34,784 nt of DNA from Nemertoderma westbladi. Lineage: Eukaryota; Animalia; Xenacoelomorpha. Position 1 is the first letter of the stretch. Every line of letters begins with the position of its first letter. The DNA lies in assembly GCA_032718475.1 (NCBI GenBank), contig JAUCBJ010001129.1:1-34784 (forward strand), written 5' to 3'. Below the pieces are notes generated by a model, which did not search any database, was not told the origin of the DNA, and worked only from the letters and a program-made list of their open reading frames with translations. The position numbers were made by a program, and so were the translations under genes. This document shows, in pieces, positions 1 to 10,815 of this stretch.

Positions 1-2
1 AC

Positions 3-55
3 AGTACTCTGCGTTGATACCACTGCTTAAAGCAGTGGTATCAACGCAGAGTACT
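3..55. other. Library adapter dimer (SMART / PacBio ultra-low-input amplification adapter), assembly artefact
   Basis: 30-55 = AAGCAGTGGTATCAACGCAGAGTACT; 3-28 is its exact reverse complement; one A between them. Confidence 0.97.
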
Positions 56-1345
56 GTAGATAATTCGGAATGTGAATCCTGTTTTCATTTTTATTAAACT
101 GGACGCAAAATCTAATCATGAATACTTTTTCACTGTAACTCGTAACTCAACCAATTGGTCCTTTTTCGAAGAAATCCTACATGGGCATTTTGGAGCTAAC
201 CCGCCACTGCTGCTTGGCTCACTGGAAGTGTATTTAGGTAAAGCTCTATTGTAGGATGTGGCTCTGTTTAAGCTTAGCTGAGCCAAGACGACAGACATTA
301 GGATGGGAACACGAACACACCATATTATCCCCCCCCCCCCCCCCCCCCTATTCATTTCAATGGTAGCCAGCTTGTCTTTCCCGCACTGGGGGTAGACCAT
401 TGCCATTGGTTAGCTGTATGCTATTGTAATACAAAGAGAGCGGCAGGATAAAGAGAAATGCCGACCTCACTAATAATGGGCTGGTCCCACAGGTCACTTT
501 AAGGTAGGTGGTACAGTAGGTACTACAGTTTACATGTTCAAGGGCGCCAGTCCCTTGTCGCTAGCCCATAGTCTGTCATGGTGTTCCTGTAGTAGTTTCT
601 TTGGAACCTAACGCTCTTTGAGACGTAACGCGACTTTACCTCTTTGTTTTGTACAGGTCACAATGAGCGTTATGTACCATTGCTATTTAAAGGAGCAGGT
701 TAGTAAAGGAGCAAGTTACAGAGGCGTGACGGGGGATTCAAAACAATTAACGAAAGTTAACACATGTAACAAGATTATGCAGGTCTTTATAATTGGGTCT
801 GTAAAACCTATTACAGCATAACAATCTGATTATAACTAAACAACATACTATAATGTATGTATGTATATAATGTAATTAATGGGAACAGCTTTAGGCTACA
901 ACTGGCAAGGTAACACCCAAGTATCACTTTCTTGCCCGCAGGATATTGTTCCCCAAGTGTGCCTTTACCTGTGTTACCACGAGCTGTCAATCAGGAATAC
1001 CTCGGAGTTGATTTTCTCAAAGAATTCAAAGTGTCGTAAATTACCTCAAAGTGATATTTCTCAAAGAATTAAAAGAATTAAAAGTGCCTAAAAGTAGAAC
1101 GAGAGTCTACAAGAATTCAAAGCGGCCGTTGGGAGTAATGTAATGACTTTTAGACACTTTTAGAAAAACTTTGAGAAAATCTCAAAGAACAGATGCACTT
1201 TGAGACCCCGACTGTAGCATCTTAGGCGTCTATATTCAAAATTGTAGCCAAAACCAAACAATTTTGAAACGCTGAGAGTGATAAATCGAAGAGTTGTTCG
1301 AAAATCGTAAACCCCTAAGCCATAATATATTTTACACGGTATTTA

Positions 1346-2030
1346 TCTATTTATCTAAAAAAGCATAGAATATTTGGTCCTCTAACAAGCGTGAGATTGA
1401 ATCTCTTTGTGGTCACCTAGTTGCCCAATCGGGGACTCGACATAAATATACCATATTGTTACTATTTCCCTGCCATTCATGCCAAAGAGGAAGTTACATT
1501 TGGCCCCAGAATTTAATATAAAACTTGGCAAACAAAAGTTCATCTATAACATATTTTATAGCTTCCGTGTTTATTGTTTATATTACTTGTTGTATTTTGG
1601 TTGAAATATTATGTTTTTAACATTTAAAAATAAAGTATTTTTATTTTTCTAGTGAAACATATAATGGGTATACTAATGTACTGACTACTTTGGTTAAATG
1701 TGATCACCAAGGCGCCAAGCCTTTCACATTTCAGCTCCAATATACTCAACTCATAGCATAGCATCCACTTATTATCGCACAACCACCGATTTGAAATTTA
1801 TTCACAAAATTCAAAAGAATCTTAGAATTCACCCAATATATGAGATATGGATGGTTTGAAAGATGTCTTTTCAACAGTAAAACATATTTATTTTTGTATG
1901 TTAGTATAAGCCCTCGGCCCTCGAAACAAACAGCAATGCCATCAAAATATACTGTAGTTTTTTGTTTATAATTTAAATACTTTTATATATAATTTCACAA
2001 TTTTTATTTATTAAAAACGGCACTCAATCT
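1346..2030 (+). repeat. Segmentally duplicated non-coding block upstream of Ig gene copy A
   Basis: 1426-1692 (ccaatcgg...ccctgccattcatgccaaagaggaagttacat...tactgactact) recurs at about 18947-19210 and 20734-21006; 1917-2020 recurs in pieces at about 21547-21710. Confidence 0.85.
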
Positions 2031-2104
2031 ATAAATTTTGTAATGCCGATACAATATTAAACATAAGTTGTTATAATTGAACAACAAGCTTTGCCCCAAT
2101 TACA

Positions 2105-2263
2105 ATGAAATAATTACTGATATTACTGATACTAACTGATGTTATTTTGGGGTTAAAGTATAATGGATATAAACTAGTCGAACCAGATGGATCTAAATTT
2201 ACTAGAGAATGTTTATTTAAAGAAGAAAGAAATAGTATTAGAGTACAAGTTGATTTTATTATT
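2105..2263 (+). pseudogene. Truncated first-exon fragment of the Ig-FN3 family (signal peptide + start of N-domain), stop at codon 3
   Basis: ATG AAA TAA (TCA in the 2353 copy) followed by LLILLILTDVILGLKYNGYKLVEPDGSKFTRECLFKEERNSIRVQVDFII; homology ends about 2263. Confidence 0.85.
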
Positions 2264-2352
2264 GAGGCCCAAAGTACATTGGGTGTTAAGTTGTAGGGGG
2301 AAGTTAAAATGTCGTGAGGATATTTAATCTGTAAGTGTTAGTCTCAATAACA

Positions 2353-3199
2353 ATGAAATCATTACTGATATTACTGATTCTAACTGATGTTATTTTGGGG
2401 TTCAAGTATAATGGATATCAACTAGTCGAACCAGATGGTTCTAAATTTACTAGAGAATGTTTAATTAAAGAAGACAGAGATTCTATTGCAGTGAAAGTTG
2501 ATTTTGTTATTGAAGAGGTTAGCGAATTAATAACGGAAACTGTTTCCGATGTACTGGAATTAACTGTTACTGCTACGGATGATCATGGTAAGAGGATACG
2601 TGTGGAAAATGAAGCGAATTCCAAAAGAGATGTTTGTAGCAACAACGGTAACGATATCCCTTGTGGTGGATGGAGTACAACATAATATATAAGTAGCAAC
2701 ACAGTCGGAGCTACAGGAAGTATTACTGTTGGGTTGAATCCTCCGGTTATTGAATCTATACCTGAGGTATTGGAGATAGTAATACGATATTGGATTAATT
2801 CTAGAAGAGTAGTAGTACTCCAAAACAACACGGTCTTCCCCGCCCAGAACGCGTTCCCACTTATAATAACTCTCCCACCCCAATGTAAAGCTGATAATGA
2901 TCCAGAGTGTAGCTGCGATGTACCGAGTTGTACTTATATAGAAGACAGTTCAGCTACATTAAACTGTAAGTTATCGGATTGGGTACCGGTACCGGTAGCT
3001 GGAAGTACATCAGGAGATTCTAGATGGAGTTGGTATAGTAACCGAGTTGCTATTGGTGGAGTCGTAACTGAACCAGGAGATACACTGAGTATAAATAGAG
3101 ATCTAACTCGTGGAGACAATGGGAGAGAGTTTATATGTAAGGCGAGGAATAGAGCTATAGAAGAGGATAAATCCTGTACCACTACGATTGAAGTTCAAT
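2353..3199 (+). pseudogene. Ig-superfamily gene copy A, exon 1: signal peptide, variable N-terminal domain, Ig domain 1; in-frame nonsense at 2683-2685
   Basis: ORFs 2335-2685 and 2734-3291 are in the same frame, separated by TAA where paralog B has GAG. Hydrophobic leader MKSLLILLILTDVILG; Ig motifs ATLNC, WSWY, DNGREFICKARN; phase-1 donor CAA T|GTAAGT at 3199/3200. Confidence 0.88.
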
Positions 3200-4750
3200 G
3201 TAAGTTTGAGATATCTACTAAAGGTTATATTATGTTACAATATACTGTATTTAGATACATACTATCAGTGTCAGTGAACATCAGACTGTAGACCGGGGTT
3301 TCTGCAATGGCAGGAGGCATCTGAGGAAACCAAGCCGGGAAATGACAAAAAAAGTGAAGTCCAAAATGGGGAAAGAGATGCTAGTGAAATATAGAGAGAA
3401 GTAGAAAAACTAACTACTACTAGGAAGTTTGCGGCAATAATTGTTCTGTTTGTTGTGAACGGCATGGGGTGCGAGGTAAAATATATTTAAAGCTTTATAA
3501 AATCTTGAAATAACAAGGTTGCAGAGCCTGATAGCCCGCAGTATTTTAAGAGGTAATATTATAATATAATATAGTAAAGCAGTATTGGTGCATAGTGTAT
3601 TTACTTATATGTAAATAAAGTAAATGGGTCCGGCTGACAGAAAAAAAACGTAACGTTACAGAATCGTTATCGACCTAACGACCTGCTTCAGATAGTCTTT
3701 ACCGCTAGAAGTACAATCGTATACTAAACGTAAAGGTGTAGAGTGTCAGACACCATGGTGTGGTATATATTGAAGCAGATAAACGTTACGAGTGATTCAA
3801 TTGGAATATAAGGTCTACGACAATTAATTAATGTAGATTTTAACCTAGGCACACCTCACCAAAATATATATACAGTATACATACGATGATGGCCTTGGTT
3901 CTACATAAACAGGTAGTTTAGTGCTAAATATACGTGGTTTTGTATCCAAGGCAACCTTGTGACGTACCTACTACATATGATCACAATAATTAATGCTATT
4001 ATTAAATTCAAGAATAGCTGTTTTGTGATCGAAATTGGTGGCATTCCCGTTAATTCCATTATCAGTTAAACTCCACAAACGTTCTAAACATACAGAAATA
4101 TAATTTCATTGGAAACGTAATACAATTGGTTTAGTATTACAAAACTCAAAATTATGATTTTCAGTGATTTGAATTACTGATCAGTGATCACCACCAATAA
4201 GTAAACAAATATAGAAAATAAAATCTCATGGCAAGGTTCAGCTAAAAATCTAAACCGATTGACAATTTCGGAACGGCTGTAGACAACAATAGAGGCAATC
4301 TGTCAACTAAAATTGCGTTTGTTTCCACTAAACTATTCGAGGTTTCAACGTAACATATAAGTTTAAGAAACGTTATAAGTTTATAACTCCTTCCGCTGGG
4401 TAAATATTCCGCAAAATAACTAATGTATATGTATACTAATGTAATATATATGGCATTTATGGTATCACCACCTATTGAATATCTATATCCTAAAAACCAA
4501 ATATTTGCGACACCAAAGAGTGGGTTGGGGGGGGGGGGGGGGGGGGGGCACAGATGATACATCCACCATTTATATTATTTTGTATCTACCGTATTACTTA
4601 GATTTGCTTAAAGTTCGATTATTAAACGAAACCTCTAATCTATATTGGCTTACTTTAACCACTACGACTACAGTGTAATTTTTATTCAGTTAAGTAACTA
4701 AAACACAGTGGCAAATAATTCGCGTTTATAAAACTCGCTATTACAATATT

Positions 4751-7345
4751 ATACTACTACTAGGTCGAGCGAACTCGGACAGTGGAAATGAGATCCTTCC
4801 AGGCTTCCCGAGTCTCCATAGTTGTCGCAATTTCGTTTCTCCTAAGTTCAGTATCCCTTTCAAGTTGATCTATATATGTTATGGCCGGTCGTCCACGACA
4901 ACGCTTTCCATGAGTTGGTTGCCAGAAAAGTAGATCTGGTATGACCTCGTCTTTACTTCGCCAGCAGTGCCCACTGAATCTTAATCTGCGTTCACGGAGG
5001 GTGGTTGATACAGGTGGTATTGTACCATAAAGCTCGGCGTTTGTCATGTGTTGTCTCCAGCTGATGTTTAGGGCTGCCCTTAGTAGTCTTGTGTAGCAAC
5101 CATCAATTTGTTGTTCAAGTGATTTAGTCAGTGTCCAGGTCTCACCCCCATATAAAAATAAACTTTCCACTGTGGCTCGAAAGAACTTAGTCTTAAGGTG
5201 CCTGGAGAGATCTGATTTCCAGATGGTATCCATTTTTGATAGAGCTACCCAAGCCTTTGCTTTCCTAACTTCTATATCCTTTTTGCTACTCTCTATCCAT
5301 GATCCAAGATACTGGAAGTCATCGACCTTCCTTAGTTGATCATTATCAATGGTTGTCAAGTTTCCATCAACATTAAAGGTCATGAATTCGGTCTTTGTAG
5401 CATTTATATGCAATCCAACCTCCTTAGCAGCCCTCTCCACTTTATTTAGTAGAAGCTGTGAATCTGCTAGGGTATTAGAGAGCAGGGCGATGTCATCCGC
5501 AAAGTCGGTGTCTGTGACTGTAGTTGCCGGATATCTACTACTTCTGCGTTCTTGAAGTGTGAATCCCAGTTCTTCACCCTTTGTGGCCGTCCTCATTGCG
5601 TAATCCAGCACAATTACAAATAGTAATGGTGCTAACCTTGCAGTACGCCAGCCAGGATTGAGAAAAACTCAGTTTCACCATCTGGTGAGAGTACCTGCGC
5701 TTCTGTGTCACAATATAACAATCCAATGCCAGCAACAATTACTTCTGGTATTCCATAAGCTCTTAGGATTTCAAGCATTTTACCTCTATGGATGGAGTCG
5801 AATGCCTTCTTGAAGTCCACAAAAGTCATGACAGCGGGGAGATTCTTTGACTTAATTCCTTCAATCAGTCTCCGTAGTCAAGTATCTGAGCTATTGTTGA
5901 TCTACTTGGTCGAAATCCGTTTTGGCTCTTACGCAGTAGTTTCTCTATGTGAGGCCTAATCCTATATAGAATCATTTTATTGTATATTTTGGCAGCTACC
6001 ACAGCAGACAGATCCCACGATAGTTTGTTGCTATGCCGAGGTCTCCTTTCTTGGGGAGAGGCTTTAGTTGACCTTTAGTCCAAATTGGTGGTGGCTTTTC
6101 CCCTTTTAACATTCGGTTGCAAACATCCAAAAATGGTCTGTTTAGCACTCCGGTTTTCCATACCTCCGTTGGGATTTCATCTAATCCACTCGCTTTATTA
6201 TTGGACATGCTTTTAATGCTTCTTTGGAGTTCGCCAGGTGTGAAGTCCCCTGTTTCTATAGGTAGTGTCTTGTCATATATTTTCCTTGTAGGGCTGACCT
6301 CGATGTTTTGTGGCTGCCCAAGCAAGTTGCTGAAGTGATTTTTCCACTTCCCAACACGTTCTTCAGGACTATCGGCTTTGAGGCGCCCCTTTGCACAACT
6401 TTTCCGACCAGATACCTCATTTACAGTTTGTCAGGTAAGTCTTGATTGTTGCTGTATGTGAGCAGTTGTAATTGCTTCAGTTTTATCCTGTATGTACTTT
6501 TCCTGGCTGATGTTGTAGGCCAATTTAAGATCGTCCTTAGCTTTCTCAACCTTGTTAATGTTTTCGGTTGTTGGTTGTTCGATTTTAACTTTGTAGGCTA
6601 TCTTAAGATCTTCTCTCTTACAAGTAACCTCAGAGTTTTGCCATGGCACATATTGTTTTCGTTTGGGTTTCTGGGGGATATGCCTCTTAGCTGATTCCTT
6701 GTGGGCTGTTCCTGTTATTATATTCTGGTATATTGAATTGGTGGATTGGTCTTCATCCATTGACTGGAGTGCTTCAAAGCGGTTTTGAACTTCTACTGTA
6801 TAAGCATCCTTTACAGCATTGACAGTTCTGAGTTTTTCCCAGTCATATTTGATTTGCTTGCTTGTCCTGGGTTTGCTGGCTCTCAAACTGAGTCTGATCT
6901 CTGCAGTCACAATTCTGTGGTCCGAACCAATTAGGTTGAACGAGCTGTATGCCTCGCAGTTGATCATGCTGTTTCTCCACTTTTTGTTTATGAGGATGTA
7001 ATCCAGTTGTGCTTTGGTTCCATTAGGGTATTGAAAGGTCCATAGCTTCCCCTTACTCTTTTCGAATGTGTTGTTTGTTGGTATCAATTCACATTCTTCC
7101 ATTAGGTCTAAAAGTAAGTACCCATTTCTGTTAGAACTGGTGTTATAAGTGTAACCCTTGATGTCTTCTGGGCCAATTTGGGCATTCAGGTCACCAGCAA
7201 TGAATTTAACATTGTGTTTCGGAATGTCCTTTATAAGTCCAGTCAGTTCTTCATAAAACTTGACTGCTTGTTCTGGCTCTGAGGCATTGGTTGGACTGTA
7301 GCAACATATAACTGTTGCCTTGGGATTCCCATCAAATGTTGATGG
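4751..7345 (-). mobile_element. 5'-truncated, decayed non-LTR retrotransposon (APE endonuclease + RT, RTE-like)
   Basis: APE motifs YSPTN, AGDLNAQ, LDYIL, SDH; RT motifs KGDL..NYRGI, FVDFKKAFDS, GVLQG, FADDIALL, FQYLGS; C-terminal RLRFSGHCWR..GRP. Several frameshifts/stops (about 6431, 5996, 5880, 5632). Stop codon merges with a (TAG)n tail at 4751-4762. Confidence 0.92.
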
Positions 7346-7434
7346 TCAGAACACTGAACTATTAACTCAATAGTGAATGACTCCTGTTCTACTAACAGTG
7401 ATGGAAGGTAATACTGTAGTTTATTGTTACTTAC

Positions 7435-7791
7435 ACTGAACTATTAACTCAATAGTGAAGGACTCTGTAATAGTTGATAAATCATAAAACGTATATTCGG
7501 CTTTAGTTGTGTAAATCCCTGAAGATCTTTTATTTATATCGATATTCCTAACTTCATCTCCACCAGTTACGAAGTTGCCACTCCAAATATAATCAACATC
7601 TATATTGCAGTCATCTGGAATCCACTTTACTTCTATTGGGTCGTTATGAACTTCCAAACTTCTATTTAATTGTATTGAATCACCTCCATCATAAGAAGTA
7701 CCAGAAACTTTCACTTTCAGATCACAATATCACAGTTACCGGTATTGCTGGACTTTCGATACTCTCTTCCCCACTGTCGTTGCTGTACTGA
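7435..7791 (-). pseudogene. Inverted 3' part of exon 2 of Ig gene copy A (end of Ig2 + Ig3)
   Basis: Reverse complement closely matches 34337-34698 (KVSGTSYDGGDSIQLNRSLEVHNDPIEVKWIP...ESFTIELIVQ) including the donor T|GTAAGT; has its own frameshift near 7730. Confidence 0.9.
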
Positions 7792-8031
7792 GGATTCCGG
7801 GGATGGAATTTATAGATCATCTAATATAATTAATTGTTTAAAGATTAGCAAACAATACGATGTAATTGCATTGATAAAGCCCAAATAAAACTTGGATATA
7901 AAATGTAAAATCGGGATGCAAAAGATCACTTTCTGAGCTACGAAAGGAAAATGGGATACAACTTATCTGGATAAAAGCGGTCCGTTTACCTTACAAAATG
8001 AAAAATACGAATGTGAGAAGTTAAGAACAGT

Positions 8032-8172
8032 CGGGGGGGAAGTGTCTGCGGGGGGGAAGTGTCTGGGGGGGAAGTGTCCGGGGGGGAAGTGTCCGGAGGG
8101 GGAACTGTCCTACTTGAACGGTGGGGAACTGTCCGGGGGGGAAGTGTCCGGGGTGGGAAGTGTCCGAACACC
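8032..8172. repeat. G-rich ~15-bp repeat (GGGGGGAAGTGTCC, about 8 units), probably one end of a non-autonomous DNA transposon
   Basis: Units directly visible; ends abruptly at ...GTGTCCGAACACC where host intron sequence resumes. Transposon origin is inference. Confidence 0.7.
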
Positions 8173-8316
8173 ACTGTAAATATTACCCTCCATCACTGTT
8201 AGTAGAACAGGAGCTACGCATCCTGTGAGAGGCACGAAGTACTTACTAACCTTTAAGTCATTCTACATAATTAAATATTGTTTCAAATAAAATAAAATAT
8301 TTTTCGACTTTCTTAG

Positions 8317-8928
8317 ACAAACCGGATTGGATTCACAATGACACAGAGCGAACTGTTATAGGAGATGTTGGGAATGTCGTTACTCTAACATGTACAATGG
8401 AAAGTTATCCAGCTGTATCGAGTTATTATTGGCTTAGTGAAGTTGACTTAAATAAGGAGCTGCCCGATGGTGATAAATATAGAACATCAGTTGTTGTAGT
8501 GGAGAAATTTGGGTATAAAAATATTGCTGTCATAAGTCTAATGATATATGATGTAACCAGTGATGATCTTAATCTAACCTACTATGGGAGGGTTAGAAAT
8601 GGTATCGGTACTTTTGGTGAATGTGACGTTAAGTTGGAACCTATGGGACCTCCACATATGCCGACTGGAGTTAAAGTAGAAGCAGTTGATAATTCCAGAG
8701 TTATAGTTAGTTGGACACCAGGATTCAATGGTGGATCTAATCAATGGTTTAGAGTTGAGTACAACAACAGTAACGGAAATATTGTTACTATAACAACAGG
8801 AAATACAAATGATTCTTACATAATCGTCTCAGGATTACCCAATGAACGTCATTATTTCTCAGTGGTGGCCTGTAATGAGCACGGTTGTCAGGATCCAACT
8901 CCTATAATAGAAGGTGAACCAGCATCAG
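8317..8928 (+). CDS. Ig gene copy A, exon 3: I-set-like Ig domain + fibronectin type III domain (nephrin/sidestep/echinoid-like); open frame but part of a broken gene
   Basis: Acceptor ttttcgactttcttAG|AC (8316/8317), phase 1, reads (Y)KPDWIHND..GNVVTLTCTMESYP..W..LMIYDV..D...YYG; FN3 PPHMPTGV..VSWTPGFNGGSNQWFRVEY..VSGL...Y.FSVVACNEHG; phase-1 donor G|GTGAGA at 8928/8929. Confidence 0.88.
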
Positions 8929-9669
8929 GTGAGATACAACGAGTTGTTACAATTGTTTGCTATTTGTCAGTTTGGAGAATTTAATTTTCCCGCTATAAAT
9001 TGGGGTTGCCAACGACGAAAGAGCAGCCCTACTTATTTATAAATACTCAGCTATCTGTCTGCTCTTGGGGCGATTTCCTGAAACTTACTAGCAGATCGTC
9101 GGTATTTCATTGTAAAGTTCGCGGGAAAATTTACCAATCCAATGTTTTTGACGAACAAGAATAATCACGCCCTTAAGTCCTATGAATAATCACGCCCTAT
9201 GGCATACATTACTCTATACTTCCAGTTTATAGAAAATTATTTCGGTGCCGAATAACAAATTGATTTACATGTATTTTATAGTTGATATTATACGTATATT
9301 CCCTTCTAGAATACTTCCGACTTTTGACCGAATACTTGTGTACCAACTTTGGTATAATTTTATCTAAGATTCACGGAATTATTATCATCAAACAGTTCCC
9401 AATGACACCGACAGGCAGCTCAATTATGGAACCGCTACACCAAGGTTACCGAACGTTGCGGCTCGCCCCACAAATATTCGCAAAATTTAAAATTTAAGAA
9501 ACGGCGAAAAATCGTTTAGTTTAATCCATAATTGAGTCTGTCTGTGTTTATCTAACAAACGAACGGATGAAGTGGTAGGCATTCACCAGCGGCAGCATAG
9601 TGTAAAGATGATAAAAAAATAAAGTATTGAGGGTCTTTAGCTGGTTATATTATATTAGATAAAGATACA

Positions 9670-9709
9670 ATAGTAAACGTTTTCGACCTACCGGTCTGCA
9701 TCAGACTAT
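9670..9709 (-). ncRNA. Minimal type I hammerhead ribozyme-like motif in 3' pLTR
   Basis: Exact reverse complement of 18763-18802. Confidence 0.7.
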
Positions 9710-9820
9710 GTACTGGCAACTAACAGGAAAAGGTGGGGGTCTATATATATATATATCTAAGTTTTAAAGGGGAATACCTGATAGGTGAATCCCAGAAAGG
9801 TTAACGTATATGTATGTACT

Positions 9821-10093
9821 TGTGAAGAGTATAATCATTAAAAGGGAGATACCAGCTGCTACCTCTGATCAGATTCAATTAACCTTTCCGTCGCCTATAC
9901 CTAATCCAATATTGTCTCCACTGGGAGATATCAGCTGTGACCTTTGGACTTATTTTGGTGATATTGCTTTGGCTATATATTACTGGTGTGGGGAGAATTA
10001 AGAGAGATAATTTTGATTGTATTAAATTTGTTTGAATAATTAAATAAACGAAAAAGGTTTTGTATATTTCATTGTCTTTTTATTAGTTTAACA
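9821..10093 (+). repeat. 5' LTR
   Basis: TGTGAAGAG...GTTTAACA; no differences from 13566-13838 seen by eye; AATAAA near the 3' end. Confidence 0.96.
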
Positions 10094-10094
10094 T

Positions 10095-10103
10095 TGGCGC
10101 AGT
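10095..10103 (+). promoter_or_regulatory. Primer binding site (TGGCGCAGT), compatible with a tRNA-Ser 3' end
   Basis: Starts with TGG one base after the LTR; complementary to ...ACUGCGCCA. tRNA identity is tentative (9-nt match only). Confidence 0.65.
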
Positions 10104-10115
10104 GTGATTTCGAAC

Positions 10116-10769
10116 ATGAAACTATCCCTTACTACAGATTTTTCTTGTTGGGAGATGTCAACACGGGCAGAAGTTAACTTACTAGTCCTGCAAGGGAAAA
10201 TCGAGGAGGAAAAGAAAGACGAAGCACTGTTGTTGAAGATACAAGTATCGGTCGAGGATAATATCCAAAAAAAAGTTCAGATCGATGGACGAACCACAGC
10301 TACCTCATTGTTAAAAAAACTTAGAGAGGCTTGGACACAATTGGTCGTTCCAATGGATGGATTAAATTCATTAGAATTCGATATCACCTCGAGCGAAGAT
10401 TTGACAAGCTTTGATGACGCACTAAGGTTACTTAAATATAGACGTACAATCTCAGATGATTTGGCAATTAGCATCTTCTTGAAAAACATAAAGAACGAAT
10501 CATCTCAAAAAGTGTTAAAAGCTCAACAGTTTACTTCTTGGGATAGCCTGGTGCAGTTCAATCTGGATACGGGGATATCGTTGAACTACCAAGGTCAAGC
10601 TCAGTCATATATTCCAGTGTCCGGTGCAGCAACTACAGGGTGTTTCAATTGCGGCATATCCGGCCATTTTGCGAGGCAATGCTTCAAACGTTGTAGGAAA
10701 TGCCGCAACGAGAACCACATGGGTAAAGACTGTACCAATCGCAAATCAAAAAACTTCAAATCCCAGTAG
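10116..10769 (+). CDS. gag: Short Gag with two adjacent CCHC zinc knuckles
   Basis: CFNCGISGHFARQC and CRKCRNENHMGKDC; first ATG 10116, alternative ATG 10155. Confidence 0.88.
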   Translation: MKLSLTTDFSCWEMSTRAEVNLLVLQGKIEEEKKDEALLLKIQVSVEDNIQKKVQIDGRTTATSLLKKLREAWTQLVVPMDGLNSLEFDITSSEDLTSFDDALRLLKYRRTISDDLAISIFLKNIKNESSQKVLKAQQFTSWDSLVQFNLDTGISLNYQGQAQSYIPVSGAATTGCFNCGISGHFARQCFKRCRKCRNENHMGKDCTNRKSKNFKSQ

Positions 10770-10815
10770 TGGGAGGTGCAGCTACTGGGAGTTCGTTAAT
10801 AAATCATAGAGCACC
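10748..10815 (+). promoter_or_regulatory. Predicted -1 programmed ribosomal frameshift signal (gag to pol)
   Basis: A AAA AAC at 10748-10754 in gag frame, 6-nt spacer, stem TCCCAGTAG (10761-10769)/CTACTGGGA (10782-10790), loop GGTGC (10775-10779) complementary to GCACC (10811-10815); protease ORF is in the -1 frame and open from the slip site. Confidence 0.8.

Noticed and set aside
340-660. Possible Gypsy integrase relic on - strand (VPKKLLQEHHDRLWA-like)
   Set aside because: Only one weak motif with stops and no continuous frame; needs BLASTx.
8317-8928. Assigning the gene symbol nephrin/NPHS1 or sidestep
   Set aside because: Only the FN3 signature is shared; Ig count and N-terminal domain differ, so orthology cannot be claimed.
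9810-10001. Duplicated 62-63 aa ORFs (also 13558-13746)
   Set aside because: Incidental ORFs within the two LTRs.
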